A stretch of 64,000 bases of DNA from the NCBI GenBank assembly GCA_964016885.1, contig OZ024751.1, positions 8,246,001-8,310,000 on the forward strand, in the 5' to 3' direction. Position 1 is the first letter of the stretch. The number at the start of each line of letters is the position of its first letter. This stretch comes from Eledone cirrhosa. Its lineage: Eukaryota. Shown in pieces: positions 1 to 11,723 of the stretch. A program made the position numbers and the translations under genes. The notes under the pieces were generated by a model, which made no database searches, was not told the DNA's origin, and was given only the letters and a program-made list of their open reading frames with translations.

Positions 1-1035
1 ACCATACTTTAAAGGGCATTATACACTCTATAATACTTGTTTACTCATTACCCTCATTCTATCTTCACCTTGTAAAATCCTTCATAACATATACATTTGT
101 TTTTTGACGTTAGAATATTCATCCGCAATCATTATTTTTTTCTCTCTATCATAAATCTTTTTAATCTCAATTTCATCCTTAATTTATTATTTTTTTCTCC
201 CCATCAACGAACTCATTCTTAATACATGTTACCTCTTTATTCGCATATATTATCAATTCCTCCAATATACAAACTTTAACTTCACATTATTTTTCTCAAA
301 TCCTTCTACACACAAACCTTAATAATTTTTCTCTTCGTTAATTTTGAAATTGCCACAATACTTATCAACATACCCTTTTTTGACGTTAGAATATCCATCC
401 ACAATTATTATTTCTTCTCTCTATCTTCATACATAAATTCCCTTCGTTAATTTTCAAATTCCTTTAATTTATACATTATCTTCCAACGGTTCTCAACCTC
501 TCTATGTAAAACAATATATCTTTTTCTCAGTTATAAAAACTATCTCTTTCTCTCTATCACCCATCTCTCCCTCTCCACCTTCACTTTCATCTCCTCCCCC
601 TTTTTTCATCCTTTCCACCCCCCTCCCTAAATAAAATACTTTTTCCTCGCACATATCCTCCTTTCGTTAATTTTCAAATTTTTTTTTTAATTTATACATT
701 ATCTTCCAACGGTTTTCAACCTCTCTATGTAAAACAATATATCTCCTCTCATTTATAAAAACTATCTCTTTCTCTCTATTTCCCATCTCTCCCTCTCATC
801 TCCTCCCCTTTTTCACCCCTCTCTAAATAAAATATTTTTCCCAATATCACACATCAATCTAAAACCACTTTTCATATGTTGATTTAAAACTGCACTATCC
901 ACAAGTGTTTTTTAGCCTTCATATCATGTTCTCCTGTTTTATCTGATGAAAACACAAATATTATTGCATGATGATGTTTGTATTTGAAATGCGCATAATA
1001 AAATATATGGAACTCCTTTAACCATCTTTTGATCT

Positions 1036-1040
<5 letters not shown>
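1..1040 (+). mobile_element. PLE pseudo-LTR-like 3' region ending in an HHR and a (TA)n tract
   Basis: Pyrimidine-rich strand with internal duplications (approx. 441-650 vs 661-840), HHR at 937-1003, abuts (TA)n at about 1040. Confidence 0.6.
937..1003 (+). ncRNA. type-I hammerhead ribozyme
   Basis: ttttat-CTGATGA-[aaacacaaatattat..atgatgtttgtattt]-GAAA-tgcgca-TA-ataaaa; stem I ttttat/ataaaa; palindromic stem III ATGCGCAT. Confidence 0.85.
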
Positions 1041-1071
<31 letters not shown>

Positions 1072-1110
1072 AAACGAAAAATCAGTGATGCTTTTGGTGT
1101 TATTTATTGT

Positions 1111-1197
1111 GTGTTACAATTGATTCGCCGGCAGCACCTCGAGACACGATCACACATGGATCTGTCTGATTCTGGAATCTGTAGGTTCGTCGGACAC
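1111..1197 (-). ncRNA. decayed long-stem-II hammerhead (relative of 5472-5560)
   Basis: Minus strand gtgt-CCGACGA-(about 60 nt)-GAAT-caattg-TA-acac; two core substitutions; stem II sequence resembles 5483-5544. Confidence 0.55.
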
Positions 1198-1702
1198 TGG
1201 CAATAATTTCGGATCCAATTTTCTCACTGGGGTGTTAGCGTAAAAAAATCATCTTCTTCGCGTGTCCTGCTGTTGGCAGTAGTTTTTCTACGTCATCATA
1301 AATTCTGGCCATTAGTTGTAGTCAGACTGTCCATCATCTACCCTCTGCCTGACACACTTCAATGAAATCATGGTGGGTTTGGTATTTCACAAGTCTAATC
1401 GCACATACATATACACATATACCCACACAAATACATACACATATACGCATATACAGAAATATACATACATACACACATACATACACATATATACACATAT
1501 ATATATATATAAATACACAGACTCACACACACACGCGCGCACACAACCGTATAACTAACAACATACACGTCCACAGACGCCTGCCTACATGCGTACGCGT
1601 ATACCTGCTCATATACACAAACACGTACATACATAGACACGCACATACACACACGTGTCCTTATATAGAGGCACAAAGACAGACTCGCTTCCGAACATAC
1701 AG

Positions 1703-1870
<168 letters not shown>

Positions 1871-2341
1871 ATATATAATAGGTCAGCATATTCGAAGTTC
1901 GGTCAGCAGCTAAGCCAACGAATGCCTTCAGCAGTGCAGCCAAGCACTCGACGAGAATAGATCTCAGAGTAATAACACACAGTTTAAATGGCTTTGTAAA
2001 TTGAAAATAGCGACCGGTAATTCAGCCGCGTGATCTGTAGCAGCGAAAGAACTGACTAGTGAGAAAAGGAAATATACACACACACACATACACACATATA
2101 TATATATATACATATTAAAATATACATACATACATATATGCCCATATCTGTATATATAACATACCTGGACCGCACTTGGAAATTACTGAATATCCAAGTG
2201 AGGTTTCTGTAAATCCGAAATCAACAAAGTCCGCTTGTGGTGTATACAAGTTATGTTTCTTGAAGATCGAACAGAGGAATTTACTTTCTCAACAGGCTTT
2301 CGTTGTAACCCAAAACCCGGTGTGAAGCACATGTTACTCAA

Positions 2342-2395
<54 letters not shown>

Positions 2396-2464
2396 ATGCT
2401 CAAGAGCGTGAAATTAATAAACCTTTGTTTGTACTGCCTCTCTGTTTTGTTCTCTTTCCATTTT

Positions 2465-2514
<50 letters not shown>

Positions 2515-2652
2515 GAATTGGAGCTCTGAAATATCAATATATATATGGATGTATATATAATGTATTTTGCAATACACTTTATGCTTCTGATTATTTACTA
2601 GATTTCTATAAGAATATAACATCAATGATCTCAGTAAACAGGTGGGGTAGTT

Positions 2653-2696
2653 GGCCTTGATAAGCTTCAACCAAAGCGAAACAAGTCTTGTCGGCT
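2653..2696 (+). ncRNA. hammerhead ribozyme, U3-A8 core variant (array unit 1)
   Basis: ggcc-TTGATAA-gctt caacca aagc-GAAA-caagtcttg-TC-ggct; stem I extends via tgatctcagtaaacagg/cctgtttgctgagatca. Confidence 0.85.
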
Positions 2697-2968
2697 TATC
2701 TCCCCTGTTTGCTGAGATCAAAGTGCGTGAATTTGTCACTACTTTAAAACAATAGCTAACGTTCTTCAAAATGCTTGTAATTAAGCATAAAGTGTATTGC
2801 AAAATACATTATATATACATCCATATGTATATTGCTATTTCAGAGCTCCAATTCTAATTTTTAATTTCTTCCTGACCAACAACCGCTCTGCATAATCAGC
2901 TCCTGATTATTTACTAGATTTCTATAAGAATATAACATCAATGATCTCAGTAAACAGGTGGGGTAGTT

Positions 2969-3012
2969 GGCCTTGATAAGCTTCAACCAAAGCGAAACAA
3001 ATCTTGTCGGCT
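2969..3012 (+). ncRNA. hammerhead ribozyme, U3-A8 variant (array unit 2)
   Basis: Same motif; stem III reads caaatcttg. Confidence 0.85.
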
Positions 3013-3283
3013 TATCTCCCCTGTTTGCTGAGATCAAAGTAGTGAATTTGTCACTACTTTAAAACAATAGCTTACGGTCTTCAAAATGCTTTTAATTCAG
3101 CATAAAGTGTATTGCAAAATACATTATATATACATCCATATATATATTGCTATTTCAGAGCTCCAATTCTAATTTCTAATTTCTGCCTGACCAACAACCG
3201 CTCTGCATAATCAGCTCCTTATTATTTACTAGATTTCTATAAGTATGTAACATCAATGATCTCAGTAAACAGGTGGGGTAGCT

Positions 3284-3327
3284 GGCCTTGATAAGCTTCA
3301 ACCAAAGCGAAACAAGTCTTGTCGGCT
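3284..3327 (+). ncRNA. hammerhead ribozyme, U3-A8 variant (array unit 3)
   Basis: Identical to unit 1. Confidence 0.85.
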
Positions 3328-3440
3328 TATCTCCCCTGTTTGCTGAGATCAAAGTGAGTGAATTTGTCACTACTTTAAAACAATAGCTTACGGTCTTCAA
3401 AATGCTTTTAATTAAGCATAAAGTGTATTGCAAAATACAT

Positions 3441-3472
<32 letters not shown>

Positions 3473-3651
3473 ATACATTAACAGAGAAAGCTTTAAGTAA
3501 TACTCCGACCTGCTTTCGTCTTACTCAACAAACATTAGGTTATACCTTAGTTATAATCCCAATTATACGTTTGGGGTGCTAACTATACGTATTTTGCTGA
3601 GACGCAGTTGTATTATTTTATATGATACATAATTAAAATACATCTCTCTTT

Positions 3652-3771
3652 CCAAACGATCGTTTCATTATAAGTTTTCTACAAATTGGGAAAATAATGT
3701 CCAGGTTATGTAAAAGCCTACACATAGTCCGTAGAAATATATGTAGGTGGGCACTTATAAATTATCAGTGG
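3652..3771 (-). ncRNA. hammerhead with about 95-nt stem II, probably inactivated (C3-A8 mismatch); homologue of 51031-51157
   Basis: Minus cca-CTGATAA-tttataagt...acttataat-GAAA-cgatcg-TT-tgg; region 3475-3790 is similar to 50860-51180. Confidence 0.7.
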
Positions 3772-3885
3772 GTGCCCGACAAATATCGATATAAAAAAAA
3801 AACCTTACCGAAATAAATATATATATATATATATATGAAAGACGTAAAATAAGAAAATTATAAAAATTAACTTACTAAAATTTCA

Positions 3886-3965
3886 CTCCAACTAATTAGT
3901 TTCTGAAAGGGAATAAACATGGTTTCTAAATGGAAAGCATGGAAAAGCCTTTCGTCATCAGGAAG
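3886..3965 (-). ncRNA. hammerhead with about 50-nt stem II
   Basis: Minus cttc-CTGATGA-cgaaagg...cctttca-GAAA-ctaattag-TT-ggag; 12-nt palindrome AACTAATTAGTT forms stem III. Confidence 0.8.
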
Positions 3966-4195
3966 TCTGTTCTCGGATAAGTTACCAGGCGATGCGTGGA
4001 CACAGGGAACTTATACAAAAATAATTCAGTGGATGGAAAAAAGCAAGCGTGGACTAAATTCCAAGACATTGAAAAAATCACTGCCTACTTGGTCGGTGGC
4101 AAATTCAAAAGAATCAATCACGTGACATCGAGGTTAATCAGTGAGGAGTGGGGTGTTAAAATGATGTTACGTGATTGCTTTCGCAACATAATACG

Positions 4196-4300
<105 letters not shown>

Positions 4301-4575
4301 AATAGAATGAAACTAAATTTCATTTCTCACTCTAATACGGCACTTACTTAAATGTAAGTATGTATGTATACGTACATACATATATGTATACAGACGTACA
4401 GTAGCATGTATATATATATACATACAGGCACACATATATATATGCACGTATCAATTTACCGAACATTTATTATAATGCTCGGTTTGTTCGTTTGTAAACA
4501 AACAAACAGACTGAATTACGCCGTACAGTGTTTAGGCAACCACGTCACCTTTTTGTTCAACACTGACACAGGAAC

Positions 4576-4614
4576 GATGTACTAGTTTCAAGCTTATTAG
4601 CTATCGTCAGCACC
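4576..4614 (-). ncRNA. minimal hammerhead ribozyme
   Basis: Reverse complement of 4921-4959. Confidence 0.85.
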
Positions 4615-4920
4615 GTATACCTTTCTGCCAGATGATTGAACGTCCGAAAGTATATACTTTCCTTATGAAAATTAACGGCTGAGCAGCCTAATTTGCATAT
4701 CGACTGAGTTCAGTCGGCCACATACATACATACTTACATTTAAGTAAGTGCCGTACTAAGAGTGAGAAATGAAATCTCGTTTCATTCTATTCCATTTATA
4801 GTTTTCGGTGCGCCTGGCCGACTGAACTCACTCGATATGCAAATTAGGCTGCTCAGCCGTTAATTTTCATAAGGAAAGTATATACTTTCGGACGTTAAAC
4901 CATCTGGCAGAAAGGTATAC

Positions 4921-4959
4921 GGTGCTGACGATAGCTAATAAGCTTGAAACTAGTACATC
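4921..4959 (+). ncRNA. minimal hammerhead ribozyme
   Basis: ggtg-CTGACGA-tagct aata agctt-GAAA-ctag-TA-catc; palindrome ACTAGT. Confidence 0.88.
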
Positions 4960-5287
4960 GTTCCTGTGTCAGTGTTGAACAAAAAGGTGACGTGGTTGCC
5001 TAAACACTGTACGGCGTAATTCAGGCTGCTTGTTTGTTTACAAACGAAAACAAACCGAGCATTATAATAAATGTTCGGTAAACTGATACGTGCATATATA
5101 TATGTGTGCCTGTATGTATATATATACATGCTACTGTACGTCTGTATACATATATGTATGTACGTATACATACATACTTACATATATATATATATATATA
5201 TATAATTGGTGTAGGATACTTAAAGCGTCCGTACGCAGTAGGCTGTATGACCACTCGATGCCCTCATAGACCAGAGTATGATATCAC

Positions 5288-5607
5288 AAAAAAAAGAAAA
5301 TCATTGTTGCGACGAAAGGAATTCATTGGACATATTACAATTGTTTCTCGAGCGACCAGATCGGGGCAAGATCGATGTGATGATTAAACCTGACTCTGAA
5401 ATCGCGCTGTACTCGGATACGTGTCCATCCTACGAAGGAGAATAGGAAAATGTGGTTCGTAGAATAGAGACGTATCTGAGGACGGCGCGATTTCAGAGTC
5501 AGGTTTGATCACCATATCGATCGTGCCTCGAGCTGGTCGCCCGAGAAACAATTGTAATATATCCAATAAATTCCTTTCGTCGCAACGCTGATTCTCTTTT
5601 TTCTGCC
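5288..5607. repeat. diverged inverted repeat (arms about 150 bp) carrying an HHR
   Basis: About 5288-5435 is the reverse complement of about 5455-5605, with scattered mismatches. Confidence 0.85.
5472..5560 (+). ncRNA. hammerhead with about 62-nt stem II
   Basis: gtat-CTGAGGA-cggcgcga...gtcgcccga-GAAA-caattg-TA-atat; palindrome ACAATTGT. Confidence 0.72.
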
Positions 5608-5667
5608 ATATATATATATATATATAACTGTACAATTGCCTCCAGTGTTTTGTTCGTTTATTACTTC

Positions 5668-5702
<35 letters not shown>

Positions 5703-5818
5703 TAAGAGGAATTCCAAATTTGTCTGATTTACTCGTTTTATTTACAATCCTTTAAAATATATATAATATGGTATTATAATGAAATAGTATGATAGAATAT
5801 TAAATTCTAAGTGTTAAT

Positions 5819-5857
5819 TGAACAAGTACTTTCATGCTTTCGCAATCTTCAGGTTCA
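5819..5857 (-). ncRNA. minimal hammerhead ribozyme
   Basis: Reverse complement of 6945-6983. Confidence 0.88.
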
Positions 5858-6231
5858 TGATATGTGGTGACAGTCGAGTTTGCAATTTTCAACTGTAATG
5901 AGATGGGTAAATTTACTACCTTTTATACATTTTATACAGAGAAAAGTGGCTCCAGAATGCAAAGCCCTGTAAACTGTATTTCGACCAATCAGTGTGTAGT
6001 TTCACTGAATTACTACAGCTGATTGGTTTAAGCGTCACGGCTGGTTGAGCATGCTAACGTCCAATAGTCATACCCAACGTATCAATTGCTTTGCTTTTTG
6101 AAATGATGAAAATAGCATTTTCTATTAATCATCACCATCAACATCACTTTTATTATTATTATTATTGTTGTTGTTGTTGTTGTAAGTGGTCGTGGTCATA
6201 GTGGTAGTAGAAGTAATACCCCTAGGCGTTA

Positions 6232-6516
6232 TTATTGTTCATTTAGCTTGGGTTTGAATTTATCAATAAAATTCTTTTCTTTGATTTTTCTCTTGATTTC
6301 ACTTGTGCTGTGTAATTTGTAGAATGGGAATATTATAAATATTCCCTGACCACATGTTGCCAGGTGGCCGCTTAGGGGTATCTGATGGACATTTGGGTCT
6401 CTGATTTGTTGACGGTGTACCCGTGCACGTTCCGATAGTGCATTTCCAGTTTGACCGACATATAGTTCTTCACAATTCGGGCATTTAATGCAGTAAATTA
6501 GATTTCTGCCTTTGCA
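6232..6516 (-). pseudogene. PLE GIY-YIG endonuclease C-terminal fragment (Neptune-like)
   Basis: Manual translation CKGRNLIYCIKCPNCEELYVGQTGNALSERARVHRQQI..SGHLATC..(frameshift)FIDKFKPKLNEQ*. Confidence 0.92.
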
Positions 6517-6775
6517 GAAAATAATTTTATTGATAAATTCAAACCCAAGCTAAATGAACAATAATAACGCCTAGGGGTTTTACTTCTACTACCACTATGA
6601 CCACGACCACTTACAACAACAACAACAACAACAATAATAATAATAATAATAAAAGTGATGTTGATGGTGATGATTAATAGAAAATGCTATTTTCATCATT
6701 TCAAAAAGCAAAACAATTGATACGTTGGGTATGACTATTGGACGTTAGCATGCTCAACCAGCCGTGACGCTTAAA

Positions 6776-6881
6776 CCAATCAGCTGTAGTAATTCAGTGA
6801 AACTACACACTGATTGGTCGAAATACAGTTTACAGGGCTTTGCATTCTGGAGCCACTTTTCTCTGTATAAAATGTATAAAA
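6776..6881 (+). promoter_or_regulatory. candidate Pol II promoter in the pseudo-LTR (CCAAT pair plus TATA boxes)
   Basis: CCAAT at 6776, ATTGG at 6813, TATAAAA at 6866 and 6875; lies about 70 bp upstream of the HHR, with AATAAA at 7062. Confidence 0.45.
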
Positions 6882-6944
6882 GGTAGTAAATTTACCCATC
6901 TCATTACAGTTGAAAATTGCAAACTCGACTGTCACCACATATCA

Positions 6945-6983
6945 TGAACCTGAAGATTGCGAAAGCATGAAAGTACTTGTTCA
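6945..6983 (+). ncRNA. minimal hammerhead ribozyme
   Basis: tgaac-CTGAAGA-ttgc gaaa gcat-GAAA-gtac-TT-gttca; 5-bp stem I, GNRA loop II, palindrome AAGTACTT. Confidence 0.9.
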
Positions 6984-7179
6984 ATTAACACTTAGAATTT
7001 AATATTCTATCATACTATTTCATTATAATACCATATTATATATATATTTTAAAGGATTGTAAATAAAACGAGTAAATCAGACAAATTTGGAATACCTCTT
7101 ATTAATATAATCTTCTATACACAATCATACACACCCGTGTATATTTACCTATCTATATATATGTATAACTATATATATA

Positions 7180-7279
<100 letters not shown>

Positions 7280-7918
7280 GTGTGTGGTTGTGTGTGTACG
7301 TGTATGTTGATAAATACAGATAGATAAAAATTTAGTTAAGTATATACCTGATATTGTTCCTCGTCCATGGCAAGTATCCAAAACATACACCATGTAGTAT
7401 TGCTAACCTGCTGTTAACTACATGTAATATCCTATATATTGGTTAAGCATTAATTAAGGTAAATATGGAAGATATAAATGAGGCAAATTGCAAAAATAAA
7501 AGTATCTGCAAATATTTAGCATATTTGATTCGTCAGTCTAATTGGCAGTATTTGATTCGTCAGAAATGTTTGGCAGAATAGTTATATATAATCAACAATG
7601 TGTGCCAATGTGTGCTGATGCCCATTTCTTTTCGTTCCATTGGTTTATAGGGTCTGTTATGATTTTACTAGTTTACTTATTCAAATTCAATTTTCCTATT
7701 TATCGCTCGACGCTTTCTAAACATATGTTCTTTGTCTATCTATGGTTAGTTAGTGATAGCTTCTAAAAATAACAGACGAAAGGTGTGGTGTTACAACCCT
7801 ATGGATGCAGAACCCATCTCTTTCCTTTCTGTGGTTGTATACGGTCGGTTATTATTTAACTATTTTATTTAGTCTTAGTAGCATTGAAGTCTGCTAATTA
7901 AATGTATAAACACACACA

Positions 7919-7977
<59 letters not shown>

Positions 7978-7978
7978 A

Positions 7979-8045
<67 letters not shown>

Positions 8046-8153
8046 ACACACACACACACACATATGTCAACATGAACCTGTTGTTTTTATCGAAATATCT
8101 TTTTTCCAATTCCAACCCACCCGTCCCCTCAATCTATCTTATTTCTCATTCTT

Positions 8154-8189
8154 TCTTCTGATGAAAGACTAGCGTCCGAAACGTTAAGA
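8154..8189 (+). ncRNA. minimal hammerhead ribozyme
   Basis: tctt-CTGATGA-aagac tagc gtcc-GAAA-cg-TT-aaga; tail runs into (TA)n at about 8273. Confidence 0.85.
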
Positions 8190-8282
8190 CCCTCTCCTGT
8201 TATATCAAGCGATAACCTAATATATCCCTTCCATATACTCTACCGATTGTGTCGTTATTTCTGTTTACCTTTTATATATATA

Positions 8283-9392
8283 TATAATACAATATGTTGG
8301 AAAGGTAACACACTAGAGAGAGATAGTGTGCCATCAATAAAACAGGGAAAATCACCAGTGTATTGAATCTATAATCTATGGAAGGCAGGGTAGACACACA
8401 ATAATTAAAAAGACAAATGAAAATGTATATACGTACTCTATAACTATATGACACGTGCGGGCAAAGGCGATGAGATCTATTTCGCCAGGAAGTTGTTGAC
8501 TGACATGGAATAGCCTATGGTTCATTCATTGGATTTGTACGCGTGTGTCATATAGGTATAGCGGTGCCTATATACATTTTAATTTATATGTTTAATTATT
8601 GTGTGTCTACCCTGCCTTCCATAGGTTATATATTCCATACGCTGGTGGTTTTTCCCTGTTTTATTGATGGCGCACTATCTCTCTCCAGTGTGTTACCTTT
8701 TAACATATTGTATTTTAAAGAGCTCAGGGTTCATTTTCCTTTGTGCACATTATTGACAGGGAATAACGAGTGTCTATGGCTCCGTTAATATAACGTGATA
8801 TTTTGCTCCTTGTAACAGTCTTTCCTCTCTCTCTGTTTGGCTGAGCACACTTTTCTGAGTGGTTTTTGGCTGCCATTTCTAGCAACTCGTCCCTCAGATA
8901 CCACTGGGTCACTGCCCTAAACACGCCGTGATATCTCTTTCCGGCGTGTAGCTGAACAGTCGCTTTAGATTCTCTTAGAGTTGTCTGGAATGTATAGTCT
9001 TGCACGCGCTGATGAACCATAGGCTATTCCATTTCAGTCAACAACTTCCTGGCGAAATAGATCTCATCGCCTTTGCCCGCACGTGTCATATAGTTATAGA
9101 GTACGTATATACATTTTAATTTGTATTTTTTAATTATTGTGTGTCTACCCTGCCTTCCATAGATTATAGATTCCATACACTGGTGGTCTTCCTTGTTTTA
9201 TTGATGGCACACTATCTCTCTCTCTCTAGTGTGTTACCATCTGACGAGAGTTTATCTTTTCAATGGAGGCCCGCAGGGATTATCCATTTATTTTTGAGAG
9301 TCGAAACCGTTCGGTAAAGGTAACCATAGTAAGTAGAGTGATTTTTTTTTCATTTATTTTAAAACTTTTTCTCATTTGCTAAACCTCGTTTA
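8283..9392. mobile_element. inverted plus tandem (~540-bp period) PLE-like module
   Basis: 8283-8525 is the reverse complement of about 9013-9240; gtgtcatata block recurs at about 8545 and 9084; (TA)n on both sides. Confidence 0.8.
9233..9324 (+). ncRNA. hammerhead with about 55-nt stem II
   Basis: gttaccat-CTGACGA-ga...gagagtc-GAAA-ccgttcgg-TA-aaggtaac. Confidence 0.8.
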
Positions 9393-9696
9393 TATATATA
9401 TATATATGTATGTATTACGCAATAGTGATTGCTTAAACACGAGAAGTGCATTTTTCACACGTTGTCCACACGTCTCCAAACATCTATTGCATAACTACAA
9501 GACTCCGGATTGATTCTTTTTAATTTAATTTTTAATTTTTTTAATTTTATTTTCAACCTAAAAACTTCCCGGACTTTCGCAGTTATCTCGCTTACACCTC
9601 CCGCACACAGTCTAGTATTGCCTGTGTGAAGTGACCGAGTTTCTGCGCATGCGCGTTCGTACGGTTGTCCTTCCTGTTCCTATAACCATACACATC

Positions 9697-9736
9697 CCGA
9701 GCTGAAGATCCGGGAATGTGAAACAATTGTTCTCGG
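9697..9736 (+). ncRNA. hammerhead ribozyme with weak stem II
   Basis: ccgag-CTGAAGA-tccgggaatgt-GAAA-caattg-TT-ctcgg; perfect 5-bp stem I, palindrome AACAATTGTT. Confidence 0.75.
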
Positions 9737-9846
9737 CATGGTGAACTAACAGTTGTGTAACCACTTCTACCTAACTGAGTGCTCTACCACTACGGATATT
9801 ACCTTCCAGTGTTCCACCACTATATATATATATATATATATATATT

Positions 9847-9901
<55 letters not shown>

Positions 9902-9960
9902 GAACGGGTGACCAAAGAATTGTTAATCATATTGTATTTTAAATATTAATTAAATATAAT

Positions 9961-10000
<40 letters not shown>

Positions 10001-10005
10001 TATAC

Positions 10006-10047
<42 letters not shown>

Positions 10048-10440
10048 GTGAGGGTTTTTTTATAAAATGAAAAAAAACCGAGGTGTCCTACAAGAGTGAA
10101 AGTATAAAGAATATATATATATTCTTTAAAATAAGACTCCAGTTGCATTTTCGATTTCATCTTTTTTTCTTTATATTTAATAAACATTCGTTGTACTGCC
10201 TCTCTGTTTTGTTCTTGTTCAAAGTTTTCCATTATATATAATACACGCGCACACGGCTTCCATTCCTTGGAACATAACTTAAATACCGGCTCAACCCCGA
10301 TCTAATCCGCCATGACCTTTCTCCGAACTTTAAACACCTTCCCACACTTGGTATTTCCTTCCACGCATTACCTCCTTTCGCTATATGTCTCTCCACCACT
10401 CCCCTTCACACCCTTTGAACTCTATTCCCACACACTTCTC

Positions 10441-10472
10441 ACCTGAGGAAGGGCTTATGCCCGAAACGTCGT
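10441..10472 (+). ncRNA. minimal hammerhead ribozyme
   Basis: ac-CTGAGGA-agggc ttat gccc-GAAA-cg-TC-gt; its 3' tail (taataaac..tgtactgcctct..) recurs at about 2402-2470 and 10178-10232. Confidence 0.75.
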
Positions 10473-10559
10473 TCCCACCAACACCCCACTCTCCAGAGCG
10501 TGAAATTAATAAACATTCATTGTACTGCCTCTGTTTTGTTCCTGTTCAAATTTGTCCAT

Positions 10560-10591
<32 letters not shown>

Positions 10592-11089
10592 TATTTGTGC
10601 GCACGTTTGTGTATATGTGCGCTGGATAGCAAAACGTATGATCAGAGCGTAGAGGAGAAATTTAATGTTGTATTCTTAATAGGTTTGCAATATTCTGACT
10701 GTAAAATCCTTTAGGAACATAAAATAATGTTTTCTCTTTTCATGTACATTTTTGCTTGGGATTTTATTGTTGCGCAACATCTGTCGCATATCCTCAAAAT
10801 GACACCCATAAATACATTCTTATATGCATTTATGTGTTATTTTTCGAAATGTGTGATATTATGATACGCAATTTAACACTCAAACACAACCATGAACACA
10901 CGACATATAAATATATATATATATATAAATAAATATACAGTATATTATTAAATATACTATACGTGCATTTATATATATTTACTCCTTACACGGTGTTTCA
11001 TCTACTCCATATGAATATAACAGCTATATACATATATGTGTGTATCTATGCATATATATTCCTATAAAAGATATGTTCATTGAAGGAAC

Positions 11090-11139
<50 letters not shown>

Positions 11140-11209
11140 ATTATGAAGAAAGAAGAAATATTAGATATAATTAGTAATAAGATATATTATACCTAGCTGG
11201 TTCTTCAGT

Positions 11210-11301
11210 CACCGACTACGTAGTTTCGTGGCATATTATGCAAAAACACTAGATCATAGAGATATAGAGTCTTTGTGAGATTCTGCCGACTTATCAAGGG
11301 G
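11210..11301 (-). ncRNA. hammerhead, U3-A8 variant with about 63-nt stem II
   Basis: Minus cc-TTGATAA-gtcggca...tgccac-GAAA-ctacgtag-TC-gg; palindrome ACTACGTAGT. Confidence 0.72.
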
Positions 11302-11488
11302 GTACCTCATTAAGGATTTCAAAACACGTCTGCAATGCGCGAGATAGAATCTCGAAAAATGCGGAGGGAGAGTCAATAACGTGATACAGTGGTCAAACAC
11401 AGGGATATGTGTGGATATATTCATGTATATGTATGTGTCCGCATGTATCTGTGTGTTTCTCTCCATATATTGTATATATATATATATA

Positions 11489-11635
11489 ATGCTTTCCAGC
11501 GTAGGTACGTCCCTTTACGATATAAGTTCAAATCCTGCCGAGGTTAACTTTGCCTTTCATCCTTACGGTGTCGATAAAATATAAAGTACCAGTAATGTAC
11601 TGGGTAATTGCTGGCCTGGTGTAAAAAGTAGAAAC

Positions 11636-11640
<5 letters not shown>
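11489..11640 (+). mobile_element. tRNA-derived SINE family A (octopod-type), 5'-truncated
   Basis: B-box GTTCAAATCC followed by gcctttcatccttacggggtcgataaaat..agtaccag central domain and 3' end agtagaaacaatta; many copies in the window. Confidence 0.85.

Positions 11641-11723
<83 letters not shown>

Larger units (their letters stand above)
2508..3450 (+). mobile_element. tandem array of about 2.7 x 315-316 bp HHR-bearing units with a 79-bp inverted 5' piece (retrozyme-like / PLE pLTR array)
   Basis: Core TTGATAA recurs at 2657, 2973 and 3288; 2508-2586 is the reverse complement of about 2783-2861; (TA)n on both sides. Confidence 0.9.
5696..7170. mobile_element. 5'-truncated Penelope-like element with ~580-bp inverted pseudo-LTRs
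   Basis: Arms 5696-6273 and 6523-7107 are near-perfect reverse complements; the spacer encodes a GIY-YIG endonuclease; each arm has an HHR; (TA)n on both sides. Confidence 0.93.

Noticed and set aside
2512-3433. Repeated 85-96 aa minus-strand ORFs MQYTLCLI...
   Set aside because: Antisense to the HHR array unit, start at a non-ATG codon, and show no protein motif.
4626-4663. CAGATGA..GAAA-gtatatac-TT as a second, opposite-polarity hammerhead
   Set aside because: No stem I or stem II pairing, and the mirror copy reads CAGATGG.
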